Shown in pieces: positions 13,701-25,500 of a stretch of DNA of 64,000 bases. How positions within the stretch are numbered: the stretch's first letter is position 1; every line of letters begins with the position of its first letter. Below the pieces are notes generated by a model. That model was not told the DNA's origin and searched no databases. It was given only the letters and a program-made list of their open reading frames with translations. Made by a program: the position numbers and the translations under genes. This DNA comes from Eledone cirrhosa (Eukaryota): the NCBI GenBank assembly GCA_964016885.1, contig OZ024740.1:67084001-67148000 (forward strand), given 5' to 3'.

Positions 13701-14600
13701 TAAACATTGTCGTTTTAATACGTTCAACAAGAGAGATATTTATACATGAATTAATTTCTCTCTGGAATAATTCGTTGAAGGAAATTTTCAATTGTTTATA
13801 CTTTTGATTATTATCATTATCGATAGTATTTTCCACAACAGTCGAGGTAGACTCGGATGGTACACGTGGTGTCAAATTTCTTCAATTATTATTATTATCG
13901 ATAGTGTTTTCCCCAGCATTCGAGGTAGACTTAGATGGTACAGGTGGTGTCAACTTTTTTACAAGCATAGTTCTTTCAAAGCGCTGTTCGACCTGGCTGC
14001 TAGGAAGTCTAGTAGCATGGCGACCTGTAGCACGTGTTGTTGATAACATGTTTGTTGTGGGGGACTTACAATTAATAATATTTATCTTATGTTTACGTTC
14101 AACAAACGTCGCATGTTGGCGTAATTTTTCGCTGTGAAATAATTTAGCTCTGGGTGCATTTCGTCCCAGTGTAGCTTCATTCAGTTCATATAGCTAATGG
14201 AGGGATTGTTTTTTTGCCATTTTATAACAATTAAATAAATCATTATTAAGTTCGCAACTCCAAGAGAAATGCGATTTATAATTTCGGTTTCTTCTGTAGC
14301 TAAAACTGAATAAAGTTTGTTTACCTTCCTTGTTATTTGTTTTCGGTACTTCCTTAATTTTGTTGTTGATATTGTGTTCAGCCATGCTGTTTGTAGCAAA
14401 TCCTTGTAAAATGAATTATGTATTTAGTCGGATATCTCTACGAATTCGAATAAAATGTGTCTTCAGAATGTATAGTTAGAAGAATAACCAGTTGTTCAAC
14501 ATGACTGCAGTTGTGGCATTACTGTCAGAGATAGTATTCATCTTAAATTGAATAAATAGTCTCCCACGTCAAAATATGCGACTGATCGCGTTGACTGTAT
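10790..14600 (-). mobile_element. R4/Dong-like non-LTR retrotransposon (RT + REL endonuclease), near full length, disabled
   Basis: ORF 12096..12797 has WLDYRKAFDSV, IFQGDSLS and HNFFVDDLKLYA. C-terminal HNRPDIMI..W and IPVIIGALG indicate a REL endonuclease. Flanked on both sides by (GTAT)n. Confidence 0.85.
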
Positions 14601-14947
14601 ATGTATATATGTATGCATGTATGTATGTATGTATGTATGTATGTATGTATGTATGTATGTATGTATGTATGTATGTATGTATGTCTATGTTTGTGTGTGT
14701 GTGTGTAAATAAGAAAATATGACCGTAAAATACATAAATATGAACGCAGATACTTCTAAAATAAACGCAAAGTAATCACTGAATGTCGCTATACGTAAAA
14801 AAAAACCACTCTGAAACCGAAACCAATAACAATAAAACACCCTGTGGATAAGATCATCGAATGCCAAACTCGTAACTAATACACTCACTAAAACAAACCG
14901 ACTTACAAACTAAATATCTATATTAGTTACAAGTCATATTCCATGAG

Positions 14948-15032
<85 letters not shown>

Positions 15033-15086
15033 TAAACAAATAATGAATAAAACAATGAAACAGTTCCTTATATTAAACAAAAAAAG

Positions 15087-15241
15087 TTCATTATTTAACG
15101 ATCGTTTCTAGGATATATATGTGTTAGAATTGGCATGCATATTCAACAGATCTATGTACAAAATTATACAAAATTATACAAACTATCAAAATTAAATATA
15201 CATACCCAACACATATATATGCCGTCTTCAGAAATAATGAA
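15087..15241 (-). ncRNA. Type I hammerhead ribozyme motif with long helix II
   Basis: Minus strand reads ttcattattt-CTGAAGA-cggc atatatatgtgtt...aacacatatatat ccta-GAAAC-GATC-GTT-aaataatgaa. Helix I is a perfect 10 bp and loop III is palindromic. Lies in a ~250-bp module between (TA)n tracts. Confidence 0.7.
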
Positions 15242-15271
15242 ACACTACCGTAAACTCTTGGTAGATTTATC

Positions 15272-15410
<139 letters not shown>

Positions 15411-15419
15411 TTATTTATT

Positions 15420-15565
15420 AATATAACAGATTAAAGTTTAAGCAAAGAATAGCTGCTTTCACCCTTAACGGGATCTTCTGAAACTCTGAAATATTTGCTC
15501 AACGGTTCTTATATATTTGATATATATTTATCCTTATCGAGCCCTCTTTGGATTTTAGTCTTCAA

Positions 15566-15567
<2 letters not shown>
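15420..15567 (-). mobile_element. Internal fragment of the non-autonomous Helitron family
   Basis: ataacagattaaagtttaagcaaa...cgggatcttctgaaact and ttcttatatatttgatatatatttatccttatcgagcc recur near 44095, 44530, 46305, 60630, 63280 and 63420. Confidence 0.6.
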
Positions 15568-15620
<53 letters not shown>

Positions 15621-15998
15621 GGCGACCTACGTAGTAAATCGTATCATCGTGAGCTCCGCAAAGGTTTGTTATTTCCGTTTGTTAAAAATTGCCATTTATG
15701 GAAAATTTTATTGTTAACTATTTATAAGCACACATACATTGTTTTCCGAAAAGGACACCCAAAAAGATTGGGGCCTTGTGCCCAAAATTTTAACTTTTAT
15801 TATTATCCAAAAATTTCTTTGAAAAAAAATGGCTCATTCCCCTCTGCACGAAGCAGCTGAAAGCCTTCCTCACAAAATAACACCTCACACCGACACCACC
15901 ATTGTAAATGTTACTACGTTTGCCAACACAAAAAAAATATAAGCAGTAGCAATATTTTAAATTTGTCTCAGGCAGACATTCATTTCCCGCTATAACCA

Positions 15999-17787
15999 AT
16001 GACTGCAGGTGTTAAAGCCTCCACCACCACCACCACCGCGACAACCCCCACCCCCACCACCACCGCGACAACAGAAACAAAAGAAGAGAAAAATAAATTA
16101 ACTCGTGATGTCGAAATGAAATCAAGCAAAATGGACTCTTCCGCACCAAAGACGACTGACGTCACCACCACCACAACTGAAACTAAAATTAAGATTGACA
16201 CAAATAACGATAGCAACAACAAAAACAATGACATTATAAAACCGACCCTCAGTTTCGCCATCGTAGCAAAACAATTCGAAGCGTTCACGGTAACTCAAGA
16301 GGATTTAGAAAATGCCAAACAAATGGTAAAGAAAGATGGGTACAGGGTCAGCCTCACCCCCCACCTAATAAAATGGAGCATCGGCGCCTATGCACCGTGT
16401 CGTATAGAACAATAAATGTAAAATCGCGCCGAGTGGAACGGGCATCCGAGTCCCAAATCCAAAAAGCTTTGGGACATGTGTGGGCAAGAAAAACCCACAT
16501 CAGACGTGGGCAAAAGTATGGAACCGTGGATGTGTTCTTTGAAACACCAGAGGAGTCTAGAGAACACTCCATGGCCCCATTAAAAAGTGACGACTTCACA
16601 CTCGTCCCAAGCTATTGTGGCCAGAGACTCGTAAAGATCAGGGTGACCCACGTTCCACCGGCCATCGAAATTCCCTGGCTAATAGCGGCTGTCCTTGCCG
16701 GCATCGAAGCCAACACGAAAATAATAGCAATAGCAAAAGAAAAGCAGGAAAACTGGTCCGGATCTGGGATGGAGCTCCTAATCCAAGCGGACCAAAAAAG
16801 CATTGAGGAGATCCCAGAGGTAATAGACCTCACTGACGGCAGCCACCTCACGGTAATTGTCGAGGGCATAAGACCTAGGTGTGTCGTTTGTGGTGAAGGA
16901 ACCCACCTAAGGGCTTTCTGCCCTCAGGCTAAAAGGTTGAGGCCACCTCTCCTACCCACCCCAGTGACACAACCATCAACACCACCAGTAGCAGAGATGG
17001 CAGCAACAACTGTAGCAGCAACAACAGAAGCAACTATAACAGCAACAACCCCAGCAACAGTAGCAAAACCAACACCACCACCACCACCAGCAAAACCAAC
17101 ACCACCACCACCCAACGCTTCAGAACTAGCACCAGCGCCTACACCATCCACCACACCACAACCAAAACTAACGGCTGTGGAGGATTTTCCACTCCCCGGC
17201 CTATCACAACTGGAGACAGATTGTGACGACGAGGAGTGGGAAACGATATCCGGAAAAAAAAAAAGAAACCAAAAAAGAAAAAATTCTCTTCCTTCCCCCT
17301 CCAAAAACAAAATACAGAGGAAAACAAATAAACTAAGAAACAAAAAAGTTAGGACAGATATGCCACCATCCACACCAGCATCACCAACCCCATCAAGCCA
17401 AACACCAACACCATCACCATCATTATCCCCAGCACCACCATCACCTACACCACAAAAGTCACCAAAATGCGAAACAGAAACAAACCCACAACAAACGCAA
17501 ACAAAACAAAACAACCAAAACGATACACACTACACAGCATTAAATTTGAACAACAAGCAATTATTACACTACATCCAACACAACACCAGCATCACAGAAA
17601 AAGACTACACAACAACCCCAAAATTCACACCACCTCCACACATACAAATCACTCGCATCACACAGAAAACGAACATGACACTAAAACAAAACACTCCAAG
17701 AGGATTTATAAGGACATCCTTCCTGAGGAGGCCACAAGCAGTGAAAAGGATGGAAAAACCGTCCTTCCCCTACGAGAAGTAAGGTAA
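15999..17787 (+). pseudogene. LINE ORF1 (gag-like, zinc knuckle CVVCGEGTHLRAFC), two apparent frameshifts
   Basis: Overlapping ORFs 15999..16415, 16373..17782 and 17467..17787. RRM-like segment (YGTVDVFF, VKIRVTHVPP), CX2CX4HX4C, Pro/Thr-rich linker, basic KKKRNQKRK. Confidence 0.75.
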
Positions 17788-17821
17788 GTGGTCTTTCCCA
17801 TCTTTTCCACTCCTTTTCAAC

Positions 17822-20800
17822 ATGACCTCACTCAGAATAGGCAGCATAAATGCGCGTGGCTTGGGGTCGTCATGGAAGCAGGGCCACCTGCTCAACGACC
17901 TCAGGTCACTAAACATAGATGTAGTGGCCATCAGCGAGACCAGAATCTCCGAAGCACAGGCTTTCGCACCGATCTTCGGCGGCTACGATGTGTACGCATC
18001 TCCCAGCCGTCCGGGATCGGGGGGAGGAGTTGCTGTGCTTTTTCGGAGAGGTTTGGATCTTGCCATACGGGCCATCTTCCTGGACCCAGAAGGTACGTTG
18101 GTGGTGCTGGACGTGACCAGCGGAGACGGGCAAGCTTTCAGGTTAGTGGCCGTCTATGCCCCGACAGGAGCAGGGCGGCCTGATTTCTTCCGGCGTCTGG
18201 AGACCTTTCTTGGAACGTCCCGCTATTTAGTGTTAGTGGGCGACTGGAACGGGATCTTAGATGCACGCTGGGATTGTGTGGGATTAGTGGATAGGGAAGG
18301 AGGGTGCAAGAGTCTCACCAACCTGCTCAGACGTTTTGAACTGTCTGACAGGTACCGAATGGATTTCCCGAATGTACCAATGTGGACTTGGACAAATCGC
18401 ATAGGGTCATCCAGATCATATCTAGATAGAGTATTTTGTAGGGAAATAGATAGGTCTAGCATAGGCTGTACACAATTCAAGATAGTCAGCTACACGGACC
18501 ACAAATTCGTGATCTGTGTGCTTGACTTAGATAGGCTTCATAGACGAGGACCCGGCTACTGGAAGCTAAACGCGTCCTTACCAGCGCGCAAGGCCTACAG
18601 AGACCGGATTAGCGAACTAGTTAAGCGGGCGTTGACGGGGACCATCGTCAACAAGAAGTGGTCGTTTGCTCTGAAAAGAGCAATTAGAATAGAGTCCATT
18701 AGGTTTAGTAAGACTTTAGCAATAGGGAAAAATAGAGCAGAGGGAGAATTAGTTAGAAAATTAGATGAGGCGCTTAGCAAAGGCATCGCGACCGACGTAC
18801 TTGCGGCGAAATTGGCCCTTGACCAATTCTTCAATGCAAAGCACGAAGGCTGCGTTGTCAGAGCTAGGGTGCGTGCTCTCAGACACGAGGGGACGAAAGC
18901 CGTTCAATGGGCCCGAGTGGCGGAGGCGCGTCGTGGCAACAAAGCCACGATCCGGTCTTTGGTGGACCACGACGGGCGCATGCTACTCGATCCCGGGCAA
19001 ATGTGTGAAGCTTTTCAGCGACACTTCGCTCAACTATTCGGGGGAAGTGGCGGGCCGGATCGAGGGATGGACTTTAGTGTCTACCTCGACGGACTGCCGC
19101 GGCATTCGGCCACTGAGGCGGAGTGTTGCGAAAAGCCGATAACAACCGCTGAAGTACGGGATGCAATGACTAGTTACACAAGGGGTAAATCGCCTGGTTT
19201 GGATGGTCTGCCCTATGAACTTTACGTACAAATGCCAAACTTGTTCGGAGGCCTCTTGGCGGACGTCTACTGCAACTGGCAACAGAACGGGAGAATTCCC
19301 AGCTCTGTGAGCCGAGGAGCGGTGGCGCTGCTGAGAAAGGATCCGAACAAGGGGGATAACATAGATAATTTTAGGCCCATAACTCTGCTAAACACAGAGT
19401 TCAAGATTTTGGCCAAGGTGCTAGCAAAGAGGTTGGTGCTTGTCGTTGGTGGTCTGGTGGGAGAAGCACAGACATGCGCCATTCCCGACAGATCCATCCA
19501 CGACAACTTCCACCTCATGCGATACATCGTAGAGAGGGTAGCTAGGGAACCTGGCACGGGTGGGTCTTTGATCAATCTAGATCAGTCGAAAGCCTTCGAT
19601 AGGGTCGACCATCGTTACCTAGCGGCAGTCCTGAGGGCGGCTGGCATTGGGCCCGTCTTCAGAGGCTGGATCGCTGCCATGGACAGCGACATCTGCTCTG
19701 TAGTGAGAGTGAACGGTCACCTTTCGGAACCGTTCAACATCATGCGCTCGGTCCGCCAAGGATGTCCCCTCTCGTCCCTATTGTACGTATTGACTGTCGA
19801 GCCATTACTTCACAAACTGGAGACGTTGAGGGGGGTCCCGCGCGAACTAGGATGCGGAAGATCCGTGTCAGCATATGCGGACGATGTCACCGTAGTGGTG
19901 TCGAACGCCAAACACATCGAGGCGATCGGCACTACACTAAGAGAATACGAATCGGTGACAGGAGCAATGATCAACCAGGAAAAGTCAGTGGGCCTGCAGC
20001 TCGGCACCTGGAGAGGCAGGTCCATGCCGTCCAACAGCGTCGTCGGGCGCTGGTCGGACGGACCGGTTAAATTGCTAGGGGTCTGGTTCGATCCAGACCT
20101 CCAGATGGACAAAAACTGGGACGAGGTGACGAGCAGGGTGGCTTCTCTCACCCAGAAATGGGCCGAGAGGAAGCTATCCCTGAAAGGTCGAGCGGAGGTG
20201 GCGAATGCGTACATCGCATCCGTCATCTCCTACCGCCTGACCGTCATACCTTGTCCTAAGCCCCGCCTGACTGCGCTGGAGCGTTTGCTCTTTCGCTTCT
20301 TGTGGAAGGGACGCGCTCCGATGGTCAGGCGGTCCATCTGCTGTCAACACCCGCTACGTGGAGGGCTGGGCATGCCGTGGCTGATGATGCGCAGACACGC
20401 GCTCAGGCTACGACATCTCCACCTCTTCCTCGACGGTGATCAGGTGTGGTCGCCGTTTGCTAGACACGTTTTTCCCCAGCTCGTCTCCTTGACGGAACTG
20501 CAGTCCTGGGTCAAGCGAAGACCGAGAGGGAGCGCTTGGAGGCTGGAATGTCTTCAGGCGCTCACAGCCCTCGACCAATCGGGCAATGTGATCGGTGGAA
20601 ACTCCACCTTGCCGTTCTATAGGGGATTAGTGGAGGGGAAGAGCGACGACGTACTTGGAGAAATTCTAGGCGTCGATGAAAATCAACTAGCCAATCTCTT
20701 CGGAAGGACTTTCGGGCCGGGGCCTATGGACAACTTCCAGAAATCCCTGGCCTGGCAGTGCTACCGAGGATCTTTGCCAGTTCGGGATAAACTCTACAGG

Positions 20801-21241
20801 CATGGAGGTGCCGTCAGCCGGGCATGTCCGAGATGCGCACAGGGCGACGAAACCGTCCTGCACGCACTCGTCCAGTGTCCGAGCATTACTGACTTGTGGG
20901 TTTATGTCGAACACCTGCTGTCACGTGTAGGACGGGTCCGGCTATCAGCTGAGTCCATCGTGAGGATTGCCCCGCCCCCTTCCTTTAGCCGGGAAGGGCA
21001 GGCAGTTTTTATCTGTCTGGTGGCCATGGCGAAAGAGATAGTATGGTGGACACGTTTGAAAGGGCTGAAGACGAGCACTTACCTCTTCGGTGATGCCCTG
21101 ATTAACTTTTTCAAATTTCATTTGAAAAGGAAAATCAGGGTAGAGAGGGAAGTGCTCTCTTCCCAGCATTTTGTTGAAAGATGGGTGAGAGAAGCAAGTA
21201 TGGCCCGAATGAATGGGCCTTCTCTGAGTATGTGTCTGTAA
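17822..21241 (+). CDS. LINE ORF2: APE endonuclease + reverse transcriptase + C-terminal CCHC (1139 aa, open)
   Basis: INARGL, ISET, VYAP, GDWN, LDR and TDH (APE); FRPITLLN, LDQSKAFDRV, VRQGCPLS and YADD (RT); CPRC...ETVLHALVQC. Confidence 0.95.
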   Translation: MTSLRIGSINARGLGSSWKQGHLLNDLRSLNIDVVAISETRISEAQAFAPIFGGYDVYASPSRPGSGGGVAVLFRRGLDLAIRAIFLDPEGTLVVLDVTSGDGQAFRLVAVYAPTGAGRPDFFRRLETFLGTSRYLVLVGDWNGILDARWDCVGLVDREGGCKSLTNLLRRFELSDRYRMDFPNVPMWTWTNRIGSSRSYLDRVFCREIDRSSIGCTQFKIVSYTDHKFVICVLDLDRLHRRGPGYWKLNASLPARKAYRDRISELVKRALTGTIVNKKWSFALKRAIRIESIRFSKTLAIGKNRAEGELVRKLDEALSKGIATDVLAAKLALDQFFNAKHEGCVVRARVRALRHEGTKAVQWARVAEARRGNKATIRSLVDHDGRMLLDPGQMCEAFQRHFAQLFGGSGGPDRGMDFSVYLDGLPRHSATEAECCEKPITTAEVRDAMTSYTRGKSPGLDGLPYELYVQMPNLFGGLLADVYCNWQQNGRIPSSVSRGAVALLRKDPNKGDNIDNFRPITLLNTEFKILAKVLAKRLVLVVGGLVGEAQTCAIPDRSIHDNFHLMRYIVERVAREPGTGGSLINLDQSKAFDRVDHRYLAAVLRAAGIGPVFRGWIAAMDSDICSVVRVNGHLSEPFNIMRSVRQGCPLSSLLYVLTVEPLLHKLETLRGVPRELGCGRSVSAYADDVTVVVSNAKHIEAIGTTLREYESVTGAMINQEKSVGLQLGTWRGRSMPSNSVVGRWSDGPVKLLGVWFDPDLQMDKNWDEVTSRVASLTQKWAERKLSLKGRAEVANAYIASVISYRLTVIPCPKPRLTALERLLFRFLWKGRAPMVRRSICCQHPLRGGLGMPWLMMRRHALRLRHLHLFLDGDQVWSPFARHVFPQLVSLTELQSWVKRRPRGSAWRLECLQALTALDQSGNVIGGNSTLPFYRGLVEGKSDDVLGEILGVDENQLANLFGRTFGPGPMDNFQKSLAWQCYRGSLPVRDKLYRHGGAVSRACPRCAQGDETVLHALVQCPSITDLWVYVEHLLSRVGRVRLSAESIVRIAPPPSFSREGQAVFICLVAMAKEIVWWTRLKGLKTSTYLFGDALINFFKFHLKRKIRVEREVLSSQHFVERWVREASMARMNGPSLSMCL

Positions 21242-21484
21242 ATTAAAGGTGGAAATCTGGGAGAGGGCACTTGCCCTGGTGGTCAGGGCCACTGTGGTCT
21301 TTTAATGGGCTTTCTCCACAAATGTCCCTCGGAAGTCTCCCCCTATTGGGGAATTTTTTCTTTGTTATTTTATTTCAACCTCCGTTTTTTTTACACGCAA
21401 AAATGCCTATTTGTACCGTCCTGTATTGTCCTGTACTGTCCTTAATGTCTACTTTATGTAAACCCTTGTGGTTAATAAAGAAAA

Positions 21485-21545
<61 letters not shown>

Positions 21546-24500
21546 TGCATTTATCTTGCTTTATGTTCATACGAGTTATCACCAAGTCACAACCAGTGAC
21601 CTCAAGAGACAACAAGGTCCGCCATGTTCAAGAAAGAACATACGTACTCACACATGCATCTTTAGTATTTAGACTTGTGATGTACTTATATTGACAGAAT
21701 CTTCCTTAGTATATGGGCAGTTCACATTAGTACTATCTTTTGTATTTCTCCTATACGCGGGTTTCCTGGGATTTGCGATAAGTAATCATTAGACCCCTTA
21801 GGTATCATTCCTAGAGCTCCTACAACCACTGGTATTGTTTTAATTCTCAATTTCCAGATTTTTCCAATTTCTATCTCCAGGTCCTTATACTTGCTCAAAT
21901 TTTCAAATGTTTTTATAGATACATTCTTGTCTATTGGAACGGACATATCAATTAGCAGGCATACCCTCTTTTTAAAGTCCTTCAATATTATATCAGGTCT
22001 ATTTTCATCTATTTTTCGGTCTGTTTGGATGATAAAGTTCCACAAGATTGAGATGTGATAGTTTTTCAAGTATGGGAGGTGGTTGATGCTCCCAATAATT
22101 CTTTTGATGGGGCAGGTCAACATGCTTACACATTATCCAATGTATGTATTGTGCAGCTCTGTCATGCCTGTTTAGGTATTCGGTTGGAGCTATAGGACTG
22201 CACATTGAAATTATATGGTCAATGGTCTCTGGTTGTTTTTTACATACGCGGCATAATGGGCTGCATCCATTTTTTATTATGTTGGCATGCCAATTTTTTG
22301 TTGGCAGACACTGATCTTGTGCTGATATAATCAGTCCTTCAGTCTCCGATTTCAGTCCAGAGGATGCCAACCACTGATGGGTTAAAGTTTTGTCAACATC
22401 AGGATTGTTAGCTCGTTCTGGGTATATTCCATACAGAGGCTTTTCTTGCCATTTCTTAGCCAGTTTCTGTAGCAGTTCTTTCTTTGCAGTTACTTTTACC
22501 TGCTTTGCTTTTTCTGTGTTTTCCATTTCAGCTGTAAATTGGACTTCTGAACTGTGTAGTCCATTACTGTATCTTTGTCCATCTTTTGTAATGGAGTATG
22601 ATCTTTTGATGCTTTCGTGTTTCAAAACGAGTTTGATCATCCAATCATGTGATTCCCTTAGATATGTAGATAATCCAATTGTTGCAGTTTTCAACGCAAT
22701 GTCTAACTGGATTAACCTACGTCCTCCTTCTTTCCTAGGGAGATATATTCTATCTGTATCTGCCTTAGGGTGATGCATTCTGTGCATGGTTAAGAATTTT
22801 CGAATTTTTGTATCGAGCCTACGGATCTCTGTGCTTGACCAGTTGATGACATTGTAACTGTAGGTTACTACTGGTAAGGCAAGCCTGTTTATGGTATCGA
22901 TCCTATTCCTTGCATTCAATTCCGATTGCTCTTACTCTGCGGTAACATTCCTTCCTTATCCTTTCCCTCATTGTCGAGTGCTTGATTCCGTCTCCTTCAC
23001 AAACACCTAGATATTTGTATGTTTCCTCTTGATCAAGTTGTCTTATCACATTCCCTCGATCAAGATTAATGTCTGAACTTTTCAGCAGCTTTCCTCTGGT
23101 GAACGTTGCTTTGGCGCATTTATCTAGTCCAAACTCCATTTTAATGTCATCACTTGACTGTCCACAGTGGATAATAGCCCTTGCAATTGTTCATCATTTT
23201 TTGCAAATAGTTTCAGGTCATCCATGTAGAACAAGTGATTAATGGTTTTGTCATAGACTTTATATCCATGTTTTGTTTCATTGAGCATTTTACCTAATGG
23301 TATAAGTGCGATGCAGAATAAAAGCGGTGATAAAGAGTCACCCTGAAAAATTCTACAATTAATATTAACTTCTCCAGCTTCCAGTGATTTTGTTTCACTA
23401 TTCAAAAGGAGTGTCGTTTTCCATGTCTTCATACTGAATGACAAAAACCTCCTGACAACGGGGGATATTTTGAAAATCTCTAAAGATTTTTCAATCCAAC
23501 TGTGTGGCAAACTATCGAATGCTTTTTTATAATCTATCCAAGCAATTGATAGATTTTTGTGTTTATTATGACAATCTTCCAGTATCATTTTGTTAACCAA
23601 AAGCTGATCCTTACAGCCATATGACCCTCGTTTACACCCTTTCTGCTCAATGGGACATAGGTCATTTGTTATCAGGTGATCATATGTATATTCAGTTAGG
23701 ACTGATGTTAAAATGTTATACATTGTGGTCAAGCAAGTTATCGGTCTGTAATTTTTGGGATTGTTTGTCTCATCATTCTTCGGAAGCAGGAATGTAATAC
23801 CGTTAACTAGCCATGATGGTATCTTTTCTGGCTCTTTAACTATTTCATTGTAAAGTTGGGCTAACAGCTCATGAGACTCTGTGAAGGCATCTATCCAAAC
23901 ATTTTGTATTTTGTCTTTTCCTGGGGATTTCCATTTGCTGGTTTTTCTAAGAGCCAAACGCAACTGTTCAACTGTTATATTTTCCCATATTTGTTCCTCA
24001 AGGTGAGCTGTATCTTTCATTTGTCTGTCTATCCATGGGGCATGTATATTATGAACTTTTTCTTCGGCCCAGATCTTTTCCCAGAATTCTTGCACTTCCT
24101 CCTTGGGTGGTATTGATTTAGCAGTTATTGTTGACTTACCAATTTTACTGAAGAAGTTTCTTTGGTTGGTTTTGAACATATTATTGTTCTTATGGAATCT
24201 AGATCGTTTTTCAAAGCGCCTTATACGAGCAGTTTTGGCCGACACTTTTTGCTTGATTATTTCTATCAGCATGCCTATGTCATCTTGTTGATTTTATACT
24301 GTATTTTCTTTTCAGTTTTCTAAGTTTAGTTTATTTAACATGTTCACCTACTTTATAGTTTTTTAAAATGTCTATGTCAGATCGGAGAAGGTTTATTTGG
24401 CGATTGATGTTCTCTTGCCAAGTAGATTTCTTGTGGGAATTCCTTTGTTTTTTCATCTTCACTCCACATAAGTGAGTGGTGAATTTAGCCGATGCATAAT

Positions 24501-25500
24501 AAAGGTGATTTAAATCAGTAATGTTTAGTTTGTTTGTGATGATAATGTTTTTGCTAATTATGTTAGTCTTGTGTATTATCTTTTGGTTCTGTTTGGAGTT
24601 CTGGATCTTAGGGAGGGTGTCTCGTTCCCCATGTCAGATTCTTTCATTTTCATCCATTCGATCATAATTTCATCCTCATTCATTTCTTCATCATTTACGA
24701 TCTCATTGTTCTCATTTGGAGTTTCATCTTGAGCATGCACTCCCTCCACTTTTTCGATCCTTTCTTTAATTTGTTCTGTTGTCAGTGATTCCGCCCCAAC
24801 CCTGGGATTCGAAGTGTTACAATTTACCTCGTTTTCACTGACACATGTTTCATTTTCCCTTCGCTGACTTTGTGCTAATTGCTTGATCTGATCAATTTCT
24901 ATATCAGTTTGTAACTTTTTTTTTACAATATTTCTTCGTATATTGGCTAGTTTGTTACTGTCAATATAGCCTCTGTTTTCGGGATATTTCTTTTTCCGGT
25001 TGATATATGTCTGTTCTGTATTCGATGTGTTTGATGGGTAGTACATGGCAGTGTAGAAAGCCTCAAGGACTTCTTTATTATCTTCCCTTGACCATTTTTC
25101 TATCTTTTTCTTTGAATTTCTTGGTGGTGAGCATGGAGGGCCAACAGTAGGAGTATTCCGGTTATGGGAGGTTTCCAGCTCCCAAGTGATGGGAAGGTTT
25201 GAACCATTAGCTGATTTTTCGACCCCAGTCTGGTTCCTTTCTGAGGGACGCGGCCCTTTTTTACCCGGGTGACGGCCGATCCGGTATGAGATTTTATCAT
25301 TAGACATTTACTTTATTTTGTCGCATTTTATCCTTATCCGCTAAGGGGTAATCATTTCGTGTTACCACTTCTAGAACGAGTGTCAACCAAGACTAGAGGA
25401 GTCGTTCTCCCCTAGAGACACGGCTATTCCCCGCCGGCCGCCATCCCGGTATTTCTTGGTCACGGGGTTTTCTTTTTTGTTGTTTTTTTAAATTGTTATT
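21546..25500 (-). mobile_element. R4/Dong-like LINE (second family), near full length with frameshifts, (TAA)n tail
   Basis: ORFs 24576..25307, 23124..24272 (YRPITCL, WIDYKKAFDS, IFQGDSLSP, LFYMDDLKL), 22903..23139, 22005..22919 (CRVC...ETIDHIISMC, RHD) and 21722..22123 (NRPDI, IDMSVP, KY.DL, IPVVVGALG = REL endonuclease). Confidence 0.92.

Larger units (their letters stand above)
15621..21485 (+). mobile_element. L1/Tx1-clade LINE, near full length, inserted in (TTA)n
   Basis: 5' UTR, frameshifted ORF1 with CCHC knuckle, open ORF2, 3' UTR with AATAAA near 21474. (TTA)n on both sides (15568-15620 and 21486-21545). Confidence 0.9.
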
